From a virus, in IMG/VR virus record IMGVR_UViG_3300031555_005249: a stretch of DNA of 64,000 nucleotides; one strand, 5' to 3'. Positions 35,880-48,915 of the stretch are shown here, piece after piece (position 1 is the first letter of the stretch; every line of letters starts with the position of its first letter). The notes under the pieces were generated by a model. That model did not search any database. It had not been told where the DNA came from and worked only from the letters and a program-made list of their open reading frames with translations. A program made the position numbers and the translations under genes.

Positions 35880-35914
35880 TAAAAAACTTAAAATATTTTA
35901 AGGAGGACAACTCT

Positions 35915-36838
35915 ATGCAATTTGGTATTAGAGAAATATGCGACGTCGTATTTAAGGCTAAAAATGCTGGAAACCTTGGTTCCTTTAAGTATGTTGCAGG
36001 ACAGCCTGTTCTTTATATTGACAGCGCAAAAACTTCCACAATGGAAGGCGCAGCTACCACTGTTTATGCTCAGGGTGGTAAGGGTAATGCGCGTTTGATC
36101 GCTTGGGAAGGTGAGAGAACTCTTACTTTCACGGTTGAAGACGCACTTCTTTCTGAGCTTGGATTTGCTATTCTTTCTGGCGCTGGTCTTTTAAAGGCTG
36201 GTGAAAAAGTTGGAGAGAATACTCATGTTGCTCATGTTCATTCTACTTCTAGAACTGTTATTGGTACAGATGGAAAAATCGATCTTAGTGATGTTCTCGG
36301 TGAGAATGAAACTATCGATGAAGCTTCTCCTGTTTTTGTTATGCTAATGGAGCATGGTTCGCTTAAGAATATTCTTACTGGTTGCACTATTGCAGAAGAT
36401 GGTAAATCAATTACTGGACCCATCCAAATGGACGGTGAGACGGCGGTTGAAGCAGATGTCTTTGTTGACTTCTATATTCAAAAGACAGCTGGTGTTACAG
36501 AAATGACTATTGATATGGAGAACTTTGCAGGTTATTATTATGTTGAAGCATCTACTCTCTTTAGACGTCAATCTGACGGTAGAGACTTACCTGCTGAGCT
36601 TATTTTCCCGAACGTTAAAATTCAATCTAACTTCACATTCTCAATGGCTTCTACTGGTGATCCTTCTACATTTACATTCACAATGGATGCAATGCCTGGA
36701 TACACTCGTTTTGATCGTTCTAAGAAAGTTCTTTGCGCAATGCAAGTTGTTGACGAAGATACTAGCGATGACAAGGATCCTGATAAAGATTCTGCTGATT
36801 TGATAGCAGATGCAGAAAAACTTTATCCTATTGCTTAA
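35915..36838 (+). CDS. major tail protein (candidate)
   Basis: 307-codon ORF, no TAG, strong RBS AAGGAGG, acidic C-terminus. A strong terminator follows. Position upstream of chaperone and tape-measure genes. Confidence 0.5.
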   Translation: MQFGIREICDVVFKAKNAGNLGSFKYVAGQPVLYIDSAKTSTMEGAATTVYAQGGKGNARLIAWEGERTLTFTVEDALLSELGFAILSGAGLLKAGEKVGENTHVAHVHSTSRTVIGTDGKIDLSDVLGENETIDEASPVFVMLMEHGSLKNILTGCTIAEDGKSITGPIQMDGETAVEADVFVDFYIQKTAGVTEMTIDMENFAGYYYVEASTLFRRQSDGRDLPAELIFPNVKIQSNFTFSMASTGDPSTFTFTMDAMPGYTRFDRSKKVLCAMQVVDEDTSDDKDPDKDSADLIADAEKLYPIA

Positions 36839-36864
36839 GCAGTAAGTAATTAAATAGTATTTAA

Positions 36865-36895
36865 AAGGCGGTGGGTGGTCCACCGCCTTTTTATT
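36865..36895 (+). terminator. rho-independent terminator
   Basis: Hairpin GGCGGTGG-gtggt-CCACCGCC followed by TTTTTATT. Confidence 0.6.
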
Positions 36896-36915
36896 ATGAG
36901 TAAAAGGAGGTATGT

Positions 36916-38676
36916 ATGAGTAAGCTTGGAGATTATATTCATGTTAGCTGGAAAAATTATCGATTATATGGTACTACTAAACAAGGCCCTAGTAATTTTG
37001 ATCCTATGATTTTTGCTCATCATAGAACAGAGGTTGCGCGCGAAATTTTAAAAACTAAAGAAATAAATAATATTGCAAAATTAGAATAGCAATACAATAG
37101 TGGAGCAAAAAAGTTAAATTCATTTATATCTAATGTTATTGCACATAAAAATGATAATAAAGATTTTTTAACTTAGCTTTTAAGTATTATTAGTAAAAAT
37201 TATAAATCTATTTCAGATTATATTATAAAAGGATTAAAATGGGATCCTCATAGAGAATGCATTATTTATGATCCTGAAATTACTACTGAAGCATTAAAAG
37301 CGGATGAAGTAAATGCGCAAAAAACAATGCAAAATTTTCAACGACAATCTGGTATACATATCGACCCATTGGTAACGCATCTATAGTCAATAAAAAGTAA
37401 ATTATCAAAATTAAATGAAAGTTCTTTAAAAATTGGATTATTAGCTACTTGTCAAAGTTACATTTTATCTTTGCAACAAGCGAAAGGTGAAGATAGTTTA
37501 TTAGCAGATTCAATTAGGGTAATTACTCGTGGTAAGGTACAAGGCGGTTTTTTATCAATAGCAGAAGAAACAAAATAGGGGAAAAAAGGTTTTTTAAATG
37601 GATTTTTAGCTGATATTTAGAAGCTAACTGCATAGTCATTGAGCGCAATTAGAATTTAGAATAATATTGGAGCAGAATTAGCAGAAATTATGGGTACTGT
37701 TATTAGTGAAAATCTTAATAATCTTTCTAGAACTGCGCTGGAAGAATATTTTAAGTCATTCGTTAATTCTAATAAAACTACTATGGGGCGCGCAATGACG
37801 AAAGCTTGGACAAAAAAAGTAAATGGAAATATGACGGGCGCAGGTATTGGATCTATTGAATTAAATTTAGATAATATTGATTTAGGAACTTTATTTGATG
37901 ATAAAAACTCTCATAGAAAAGCTATTCAAAAATATGAGTCTAAAAAAACGGGAGAAATTAGTTACTCAATTGAATCTTTTTCTGATACAGTTTAGCAAAA
38001 AGCGGATTTCATTGTTACTTTAAAAGATAATACACAATTTGGAGTGTCTATGAAAAATTATGATATGTCTGATATTTCAGCTATTGAAACAAAAGTTGGA
38101 ACAAAAATTCCTAATAGCATTGCTTTACAGGATTCTAGTTTAGCTTTATATCTAGGAGCATTAGAATTGAAACACAAACCTGGAAACTTAGGCAATCATT
38201 ATTTATAGATTTTAAGCCAATAGAGAGGATATGAGAATGGAAAATATGCGGCTGAAATATAGCGAATGCGTACGTAGGCTAATCAAGCTTTATCTTTATA
38301 TATTTTATGGAGCGCAATGACTGGGCGCGGTCAGGGTAGAGGTTTTAGTAATTAGTTTGCTGATATTTTAGCTATTTATGATAAAGCAGATAAATTTGCT
38401 GCTATAACTGGTTTTAGAAGAATTCGTTTATATAGCATGAGAGATATTTTAAAAGATATTATGACTATGACTCAGGATTCTTTTAATTAGGTGGCAATAT
38501 TTACACCTCGTATTTCTCAAATTCTATTAGATAATAAAAGGGTAGGTGATAAACCTGATTTTGCATTGGCAAAAGAGCGTATTTCTAAATTAGTTATTCA
38601 TGCAAAATCATAGAATATAGCGGTTTCTTTATCTAAAATATATCTTAATACTATTGCAGGTATTTCTTATAAATAA
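36916..38676 (+). CDS. large hypothetical tail-region protein (~586 aa), TAG-recoded (about 17 TAG)
   Basis: ATG 36916 (RBS AAAAGGAGG) is in frame with ORF-track ORF 37690..37995 and continues to a TAA at 38674. Only TAG interrupts the frame. Confidence 0.45.
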
Positions 38677-38683
38677 TATTTAA

Positions 38684-38716
38684 ACTTGACTTTTTAAAAA
38701 TTTTTTCTTATAATAT
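38684..38716 (+). promoter_or_regulatory. plus-strand sigma-70 consensus promoter, TTGACT-17-TATAAT
   Basis: ttgact at 38686-38691, tataat at 38709-38714. Confidence 0.55.
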
Positions 38717-38757
38717 ATATGTAAGAACTAAGTAAGAGTAAAAGGAGATTAAAGAAT

Positions 38758-39285
38758 ATGAATTATTCTAATTTTAATATTCATCTTAATAAAGATGTAA
38801 AAACTATTGAATATAATAATAATACTATTAATATATTATAGTATCTTCCTATTGAAGAAAAAAATAGTATTATTCAACTCGCACTTCAAAATAGTGAAGA
38901 AAATGGTATTTATAATGTATTAATGTTAGATATGTATTTTAAACTTTATATTGTATATTCTTATACAGATATTGAATTTACAGAAGATGAAAAAGATAAT
39001 CCTGTTAAGCTATATGATGAGTTGTATAGCGAGGGATTAATACAAGCAATTATATCGGCGATTCCTATTCATGAATATGAATATCTTTGCGATAACCTTA
39101 AACATATGATGGATCTTAAACTTCAATATCGCAATACTATTGCATCTGTAATTAATAATTTTGTAGAGAATCTACCTATTAATGCAAATGCGGCAAAGGA
39201 CATTATTGAGAAGTTTAATCCTGAGGATTTTCAAGAGGTATTAAAGTTTGCACAAGCTGCAAATGGCAATCGTCCAATTAATTAA
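38758..39285 (+). CDS. tail assembly chaperone (candidate), 1 TAG
   Basis: RBS AAAAGGAGA. ORF 38923..39285 extends upstream in frame across one TAG to an ATG at 38758. Acidic protein immediately upstream of the tape-measure gene. Confidence 0.45.
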
Positions 39286-39307
39286 GGTCAAAATAAGATA
39301 AATTTAA

Positions 39308-39352
39308 TACCCTAACTATTATATATTAGTAGTATAGGGTATTTTATTTTAC
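39308..39352 (+). terminator. terminator-like hairpin between chaperone and tape-measure genes
   Basis: ATACCCTA-N19-TAGGGTAT 8-bp stem followed by TTTTATTTT. Confidence 0.35.
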
Positions 39353-39380
39353 CTAAAACGAGAAACAAGGAGGATATATA

Positions 39381-42300
39381 ATGGCTAATTAGGAAAGAAT
39401 TAATTTCTAGGTTGGTTTTAATGTAGATTAGTCTGGTTTAAATTAGTTAAAAACAAGTTTATCTAATTTATAGAATATGAAACCAGCGGACTTAACTAAT
39501 ATTAAAAATTTGGCTGAGGCTAAAAAAGAATTATCTATTATTCAACAAGAGGCTAAGAAAGTATAGAATGCACTTGAAGCTAGTTTTAATCCTACGTTAG
39601 GCACGCATAACATTGATATTTTTAAACAAAAATTAATAGAAAATGGTGCTTCTATTTAGGATATAAAAAATAAATTTGCATCTGCGGGTGCCGAAGGTAC
39701 AACTGCATTTAGAAATTTAGCAACAGCAATTTCATCAACTAAATTACCGCTTCAAGAGACACATAATTTATTGCGCTCTATGGGCACTACATTGATGAAT
39801 ACTATTAAATGGTCTATTGCATCTTCAGCTTTATAGACGATCACTTCTTCTGTTCAATAGGCATGGAATTATACTAAATAGCTAGATAAATCATTAAACA
39901 ATATTATGCTTGTTACTGATAAAAGCGCAGAGTCAATGGAGAAATTTGCGCGTCAAGCAAATAAAGCGGCTAGGGAATTAGGTAAAAGTACTAAAGATTA
40001 TGCCAATGCTGCTTTAATATATTACCAACAAGGTTTATCTGAAGAAGAGGTAAGAGCTAGAACAGAAACAACGCTGAAAGTTGCAAATGTTACGAAACAA
40101 AGCACAGAAATGGTTTCTGAACAATTAACCGCGGTTTGGAATGGTTATAAGGTATAGGCGCAAGAAGCTGAAGCTTATATCGATAAAATTGCAGTTGTAG
40201 CAGCAACAACCGCAGCCGACTTAGAAGAGCTCTCTACTGGTATGTCTAAAGTTGCTTCTGCGGCTAGCAATATGGGAGTTAATATTGATTAGTTAAATGC
40301 AATGTTAGCAACTGTTATTTCCGTTACGCGCCAGGCGCCTGAGTCTGTTGGTACAGCATTTAAAACCATTTTTGCTCGTATTAGTGATATTGAAGCGGGC
40401 TTAGATGCAGAAGCTACTCTTGGAGAATACACAAAACAAATGTCGCAATTGGGCTTTGATGTTTTAGATGCGAATAATAAACTACGCGATATGGGTAGCG
40501 TTGTTGAGGAAATTGGTAGTAAATGGAATACATTGTCGCGTGAACAATAGATTTCATTGGCATAGACAATGGCTGGTACTCGTCAGTATAATAATCTTTT
40601 AGCGTTATTTGAAAACTGGAGTATGTATGAGAAGTCTGTACGAGATTCTGCTACTGCAACCGGATTTTTACAAGAACAACAAGAAAAATATTTAGATTCT
40701 GTTGAAGCTCATTTAGAACAATTAAGCGCGGCAGGTGAGCGTGTATATGATGCTTTGTTTGATTCAAAAAGTACTAATAATCTTATTGATATTTTAACTG
40801 ATTTTGTTACATTTTTTGGTAATGCTATTGAATCAATAGGGGGCGGCGGTACTTTATTAATGGCTATTTTACCAGTAATGACTAAATTATTTTCTGGTAG
40901 TTTAGCATCTGGCATGGCTACATTTGTTACTAACATTCAAAATGCATAGCAGTCTGCTCAATCGCTGCGTGGATTATTAGAGAATATTAAAGAAATTCGT
41001 TTAAATGGGGATACTTTGACTTCTGATTATGATGAAAAAATTAGCGCTTTAAGAGAAAATTTAGTATTATTAAAGCAATAGGGTATTATTACAAATGAAA
41101 CTTTTAATAATTTAACAGATACTATTAATGCTTTTGCAAATGCAGCTAATGAATACGAGAAATCTATAGAAGCTTATGATCCTACTACAATAGGAGATTA
41201 GTATACAAAAATTTTATAGCGTGGCTTTAATATGCCTCCTGCTGGAAGTAAATCCTCTGTCACAGAAGAGTCTGCATAGCTTTATATAAATCGTTTATCT
41301 GAATATGCTCGTGAAAATCCATTTTCAAATGAAGATTTTATAAGAATGGAAAATTCAAGTGTTGAATATATGGATGCTTCTGCTGAAAATTCTTATAAGA
41401 GATTATATTTTGAGTTAGAGAATGTTTAGGCTGCATATAACGAAACTATAAAACGTGCATAGAATTTAACAAAAATTATTAACAATACATCATGGGATAA
41501 ATTTAAGCAAGAAGGAAGCCCTGCGGTTAAAAAGTTTAATGACGAACTTCAGCATACGTTAAATGATGTTAATAAAATTTCATAGTCTGGATTACTTTCT
41601 GGATAGGACTTAACTCATTTTAATAAATATGCGTCAGTATTAAAAGGATTTAATAAAGATACAAAAATTACTCAAGAATAGTTTGATCAAATATAGACAG
41701 CCGTGTCTGAAATTGAGCGTTTAACTAAACGCGCAATGGGCAAGGGCAATACAGAAGCTAAAAAGATGTAGCAATCTTTACGTGAGCTTGGCGCAGCGGG
41801 GGTTGAGGCAAAATCTACTATGGATTAGTTTGGTGTGGCTGCTGAAATGGCATTGCGTAAAGCTAACCTTGAAAAGCAAATTAATTCATTTATTCAATTA
41901 ACATCTAATATTAGTATGGCAATTTCTGCGTTGACAATATTGTCTAATTTAGGTTCTATTTGGAAAAATGAAGATTTAACTGTTGGAGAAAAACTGTTAT
42001 AGACATTATAGAATACTGTTACTACAATATCATTATTAAGTCCATTGATTACAGGTCTAATTAAATTATATAGTACCCATAATGCTAAACTTGCAGAAAA
42101 AAATATTTAGACTGCTCAAGAAATTGCTTTAACACAAATTTTAACAACATTAAAAGATAAAGAAGCTAATGCAGAAACTAAACTGTGGGCAGCCAAATGT
42201 TTAGTAGATTTAGCCGGGGATGAAATAAATGATGAACTACGCGAAGAAATTAATAATCATATTTTAAACGGTGAAGCATTAGATAATGAAACTATAGCAA

Positions 42301-45300
42301 TTTTAAAAAATGCTGCTGCTAAAAAAATTGCTAATAATACTGATAATCCTTCTTTTAAAGATACAACGAAAGATATTTTTGATAGTGGGAAAAATAAATT
42401 TAAAGATTTTGGTAGTGGATTCAAAGAAGGCTGGAAAGGCACTGATTTAAAAGGCGTTAAAGGATGGAAAGCAGGTGGCGCAGGAGCCAAGGCAGGCGCA
42501 GCAAAAGGTGGCGCTGCTGGTATTGGACAAGCTATTGGAGCGGTGGCGCCTTATATTGCAGCATTTGCAGCAGTGGCCGCGATTATTACAGGAACTGCAG
42601 CAATCGGCATTGCTGTTTAGAATAAAGAGCAAAAAGCTTTTGAGCAAGCAACAGAAGCTGCAAAAGCTCAATAGGCACAATTACAAGCCACACAACAAGA
42701 ATGGGATAATTTATAGTCTTCTATTTCAAATCTAGAAAATGCTAAAACTGCTTTAGAAGATTTAACTGAAGGAACGGTTGAATGGAATAAGGCTTTAACA
42801 GATATTAATAATCAAGTCTTAGATTTATTAACTAAATATCCTGAATTAGCATCATATATGGAGCGCGATCCTATTACTGGAGAATTATCTATTGATCCAG
42901 AAGGCTTAGAGCTAATATAGCAGAAATAGTATGAAGAACTACAACGTGCTACATCTCGTACCTTACTTACAGATATGGCTGCCGATCGCAAGGAATATGA
43001 GTATGCTCGTAAAGAATATGTAGAAGGTTCTAGTTTTGGAGGTCAAGCAGGTGCAGATTTAGCAGCGGGAGCAGGTGCCATTGGCGCCACAGCAGGAGCT
43101 GGTATTGGCGCAATTTTTGGACCGTTAGGTATGGTTATCGGCGCAGCTATTGGTGGAGTTGGCGGCTTAATTGTTACAGCGATTACGGATGCAAATGAAG
43201 ATACTAAAGCTCAAAACTTAGAATCTGATGAATCTTATCGCAAAGCTATGGATGCCTATACCGCTGGTAACACAGCTGTTTTTAATTCTTATGAAACATT
43301 AGCAAAGGTTTTAGGTAAAACAACGAATGAGTTAACGGATACTGAAAGAGCATTGGTTGATAATACTGCAGAGACTAAGGCTTTAGCTGAAGCTTATCGT
43401 GCAAATGAAGCAGGAAAATAGGATAAATATATTGAGCTTGGTAAATCTATATTAGGAGAAGGCTATTCTTTAGGTGAGTATTATGCAGCAGGAGAAAAGG
43501 CTGATACAGAATACTAGGCCTCATTAGAATAGGTTAAATCTCAATATGCTGGTTTTGATCAAGCAGACAAAAAAGCAGGAATAGATTATTTAAAAACATT
43601 AGGGTTAGATGAGAGTAATTTTGTAGGCACTAAAGGTTCTAATAGATTTTAGTATATCGATGCGGAAGGCAATGAACAAGATATATCGATGACTTAGATA
43701 TATGCGGCTTTAGCTTCAGATATGGCTTCAGATTTAGCCAAATCGACTAAAGGCATTACGACAATGGCATTGGCGCCAATTGTAAATAAATTTCAAGATG
43801 AAACTGCAAAATCTGCTGTATCATTATTAAGATCTGGTAATGCAAATTATGAAAAGTTAAATAAGGCTGCCTTAAAAGAATTAACATCAGTTACATTAAC
43901 CGCCGAAGAATTAACTAAATTAAGTGAAGCAACTGGTAAATCTGCAGATGATTTATTGAGTGTTCATGAGGCTGCTGTGACGGCAGCTAACGCCTCATGG
44001 GATAAAGTAACTTTAGATATGCCTATTCATATGCAAGCTGCTTTTACTACATTAGAAAACTCAATTACAACTGATTTATTAAGTCCTGAGCAGTGGGCTG
44101 CATTTAGTGGATATTTTACTGAATTATGGGAGCGCTATGGCGCAGAATCAGCTAATAAATTTGCTGCCGTATTTACTTCTATGGGTGAAGCATCAGATGA
44201 TGTTATCGTAGCAATATAGGAAATAGATTGGTCTTCTATTGATAATGTTGAAAATGAAATTAAGAGAATTTTTACAGATTTAAATGTTACAGTTCCTAAT
44301 GATGTTTTTGATGATTTTACGGCACAATGGCGTGCTTTGTGGGGCCAGGCCATTACTCTTGAAGAGCTTCAAGATAGTTATGCTAATTTTCAATCTATTA
44401 TGCAAAAAGTTGCAAAAGAGAGTAAGATTGCATAGGATGAATATGATAAGTTATCAGATAAACAAAAAGAGTATTTTACCGTTTTAGCTGACGGTACAGC
44501 ATTATTAATTGGTAATGCTAATGAATTATACTAGCAAGGTAAAAAAGACGAGAGAGAAAAGTTTTTTAATAGTTTAAATATTAGTCAAGGTAATTTACAA
44601 AATTATACATAGAAAAATATTGAAGCAAATAAAGCAAGAGATGACCTAAATAACCTTGATAGAGTATCAAAGTTTATTGATGTATCAAATTTAAATATTC
44701 CAAACACAATAACAGTTTCAAATATACCTAATTTGACAAGTGGAGAGGCTTCTTTTGATACAATTGTTGCTGCATTTACAGGAAATAAAACTGGAGATCT
44801 AACATGGTCTAAAAATTAGACACAAATTATAAATGCAGCTTGGGAAAAAATAAATAATGCTTCAGCATCAGATTTATATTATAATAAGGATAAATTTTTA
44901 CTTTCTGGAGGTTTTGGCCATTGGGGGTAGAGCCGAGTAAAGGAACAAAATGCCTTACAAGGGTTTAATACTTTATTTTCAGATTATATAGATATATTAA
45001 TAAAGAAAAAAGTAGCAGCCGGAGATTTAATTGAAAATAAAGATTATGACACTTATGAAAAAGAATATAATGAGCTGCAAGGTAAAATTGAAAGTGAAGT
45101 AAGTAACACGACTATAAATGAAGAACAAAGAAAGTATGATGGTGTAATGCATCAGCTGCTTACTACTTATGATTCTGTCACAGAGCTTGAAAATGCATTA
45201 ATTAATGGAACAGCAATTAAAGATTTTGTAAAGGGAGATATTTATACTGTTACAGAAGACTAGAAAAAATAGGCTATTGAAGCTATTGAACTTCGTACTG

Positions 45301-48300
45301 TCATTAATTCGTTATAGGGACAAGAAAATGAATTAAATTTAGATAGTTTTAATATTTTTAAAAAGAATTTTTCATCTCAGGAAGAAGCTTTAAAACAGCT
45401 AATTTTAGGACATAAAGATTTATCGCATTTAATTACTGATAATACTAATGAACTTGAATATTTATAGAAAGCTTATGAGTCTTTAGGTAAAAGTGAATAG
45501 CTTGATAATTTAATAAAATAGTCATCTTTATTGTCAAAAAATATTAATTTAACTCGGTAGTCATTAGGACGTGATGTTCAGCTTGATAAGACAATTATTG
45601 AAGCTAATTTACAAAATGTTGCTACAAATATGCAAGCAACTGGCATTAAAGTTGACGCAGCTTTGTTTAGAAAAATGTTTGCTGCAGATGGAACTTTTGA
45701 TGCGAGTAGTTTAGTAGCGTTAGAAACATATTATGCTGAAAATGTATCAGAAATTATAAATAATCCTATTTTAAAAGAGAGTTGGAATAATTTATTTGAA
45801 GCGATAGAAAAATCATAGTCTAATTATGAAGAAAACTATAATGCATGGCTTGATAGTATTTATAATTCATTTGATAAAAATCTTGAAGTATTAGAAATAA
45901 AACTAGAATTAGCTTTTGATAAAACAGATTTTGAAAGAGCTTATAATGATTATATTAAAACTATTTATGATGATGATTATGTAAAAATAGGAGAAGTTTT
46001 ATTAGGAGATATTAATACTTATGCAGATGATATTAACAATATTAACGAAGCAATTAAGGGCCTCAATGAGGGATTAATAATTTCAGAGGAGACTTTTGAG
46101 AAATTTTCATAGCTACCTGCTGAAATTACTTAGGCTACTTATGATGCTATGGATGACAGTGCCAAAAAGTTTTATGATGAAGATACCTTAAAACTTCGTA
46201 CAGACATTTATACGTTAAAAGGTGCTGAAGAGAAAAAATAGGAACTTTTAAACCAGTTAATGGAAAAAGGTCTGTCCCTTGAAGAGGCGCGCGCCGCAGT
46301 TTATGACCATATTAATTCGTACTTAGATGATGTATCTAGTGCATATGAAACTTATATTGGATACCTTGAAGATATTTCAGAGATATTGGAACAATAGGTT
46401 TCTTTAAATGAATTACTTTATGGAGATAAAGCATTTAAATATTTAGATGGTTATTATAAATCTGCTTTAAGCAATCAAACGAAAATAACAGAAAAGCGTA
46501 GAGAAGATTATGAGACTTAGCTTAAAGAATATGAATTAGTAAAAGATAGCGAAGAATTGAGCCCAGAATAGGCTGAAAGATATTTAACTGCTCGCTCTAA
46601 TTATTTAAGTGAATTGGTTAATAAAGCTACTCTTATTACTGAACAATTTGCAAATGATGTCAAAGTAACCATTGCAAACTTTGAAGAAGAGGTATTTGGT
46701 AATACTGTTGCATCTCTTAAAGAAGAGTGGGAATGGTTCAAAGATATGAGTGATGATTATCTGGATTAGATTGATGCTGGCTATGGTATTGATGCTATTG
46801 AAATAGCTTTTGAAAAGGCATTATAGTCTACTAAATTATCTGTTAATGCGCAACAAAAACTAAATGATTTAAGAAATCTTGAATTAAAGGCTTTGCGCAA
46901 AAAGGATAAATTAACTCAATATGATTTAGATAGGGCGCAAAAGCGTTTAGACTTATTACAAGCAGAAATTGCTCTTCAAGAAGCTCAAGAAAACAAAACT
47001 CAAATGCGCCTAATGCGCGGAGCAGATGGTACTTATAGTTATCAATATGTTGCTGATTAGAGTAAAATTTTAGAATAGCAAGAAGCTTTAAATAAGGCGC
47101 AATAGGAACTAGTTAACTTAGACGAGGAAGAGTTGAAAAAGACTTTGGACAATGTAGCTTCTCTTTGGGAAGATTGGCAATAGACTGTCTCTGAAAAGAT
47201 TACTAGTGGCGAATGGGATAAGGAAGAAGATGCTCAAGAGTATACAGATAAATAGTTAGCGCGATTTAAAGATAGTTAGCTTCGAACAAAAGAGTTACTC
47301 GATAAGCTTGGCTGGAGTGCAGAAGATGCATAGATTAATTTAGGTTTAGATTATGAGTTAAGTGAAATTTTTACCTGGTTATAGTCAGATTGGGCCGAAA
47401 GTATGACCACTGCAGAAAGTACTTTTGCAGATAAGTCGCAAGAGATTATAGCTGAAATTTTTGCATCTAAAAAAGAAGCCGATGAACAACTAAATAATAT
47501 AAATATGGCTTTTAAAGGTATTTCGGATAATTTATTATCTGACACAGATGGTATTTTATCAAAATAGGAATAGGTTATTGAAAAATTAGAGGCAATACGT
47601 AAGGGTATATTAGGAGACGGAGAAGAAAAAACTGAAAGTCTACTATCTAGTATAAAAGGGTTAGAAGGTGCAATTTCAGAATACACTGGTACAATCGCTC
47701 AGACGGTTCAAGGGGCTATTAATAATGGATTAGGACTTTAGGGCGGTGGATCTCCTGATACCAATCTTAGTCTTAGTAAAAGTGATATTGAAGATGCTCA
47801 ATATTTTCTTAATAATAAAGGATTTACAGTTACAGATACAGTATCGACTTCTGGTGGTGCAAAACCTGGAGACACTAGCTTAACAATAACTGGAGAATTG
47901 GACTCAGGTACCGAAGAAGCGATTAAAGAGTATTAGCTCCGAATGGGATTAGCTCCTACTGGTAAATTAGACGCTCAAACTTGGGAGGCAATGAAGAAAG
48001 ATCCAGAATGGGAAAAATCCAGTGGAATTAATGATGCAGGTTCCGATCATCTTGATTTTATTGACAATGAATAGAATATAAAAGATTTGGCGCGTACTTT
48101 AACTGAGATGGGTCATGGTTTGTTTTACGAGGATTTAACAACATATACGGGCGCTCTTAGAGACATGGTGGCAAAGATTCAAGAAAGAGCTGGTTTACCT
48201 GTCACTGGTTTAATGGATAAAAATACCTAGTAGTTAATTGAAAGAATAGGCTCTTATTAGACTGCTACTAGATTAAAATAGTATAATGAAATGTTTAATA

Positions 48301-48809
48301 AGAATTATTCATCATGGGCAGCTCTCAATCAAAGTGGAGATTTATCTAAAAACATAACGCAAAACCAAAACTCAAATGATAGAAGTGGAGTATATTTAGA
48401 TAATGCTGAAGAGGTTCTCAATTTTACAGAACTTTATAATAATTATAGACGATTATCTAAGTTTGATACTGGTGGTTACACAGGAGACTGGGGCGCCGAG
48501 GGCCGACTTGCGATGCTTCATGAGAAAGAAATAGTTCTCAATAAACAAGACTCTTCGAATTTCCTTGATGCACTTGATATTCTCCGCACTTTAAATCTTT
48601 CGATGGTTGATTAGATGGCGAATTACAATTTTGGTTTTACGCATTCTCAAGCGGCATGGGAAGCGCTTAATAGTTCGACTATTGAATAGATTGTTAATAT
48701 TAATGCGGAGTTCCCGAATGCTACTGACAAGGACGAAATTAAAGAAGCTTTTGAAGACTTGGTTAATTTAGCATTGTAGTATACAGGTAAGAATTCTCGA
48801 GTTAAATAA
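39381..48809 (+). CDS. tail tape-measure protein (3142 codons), heavily TAG-recoded (on the order of 100 TAG)
   Basis: ATG 39381 with RBS AAGGAGG. All ORF-track pieces 39906..40157, 40302..40550, 40569..40949, 42975..43421, 43722..44219, 45630..45818 and 48291..48614 lie in frame 0. Stretches I translated between them contain only TAG, with no TAA/TGA. Contains a TP901-family tape-measure core (ELSTGMSKVASAASNMGVNID[TAG]LNAMLATVISVTRQAPESVGTAFKTIFARI), Gly/Ala-rich putative TM segments, a peptidoglycan-binding-like repeat (EEAIKEY[TAG]LRMGLAPTGKLDAQTWEAM) and the C-terminal tape-measure motif (FDTGGYTGDWGAEGRLAMLHEKEIVLN). TAA stop at 48807-48809. Confidence 0.75.
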
Positions 48810-48811
48810 AA

Positions 48812-48850
48812 TAAGGCGGCTAAGGGCAACTTTAGCCGCCTTTGGGCATT
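48812..48850 (+). terminator. terminator hairpin after tape-measure gene
   Basis: GGCGGCTAA-gggcaacttt-TTAGCCGCC. Confidence 0.45.
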
Positions 48851-48915
48851 TCTATTTAATTTATTTATTATAATTTTTATATTTTTAGAAGAGAAAAAAG
48901 GAGGTATAATAATTT

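Noticed and set aside
38758-39381. Programmed -1 frameshift joining the tail chaperone to a downstream ORF
   Set aside because: I could not locate a slippery heptamer or an overlapping -1 frame extension by eye. Left unresolved rather than called.
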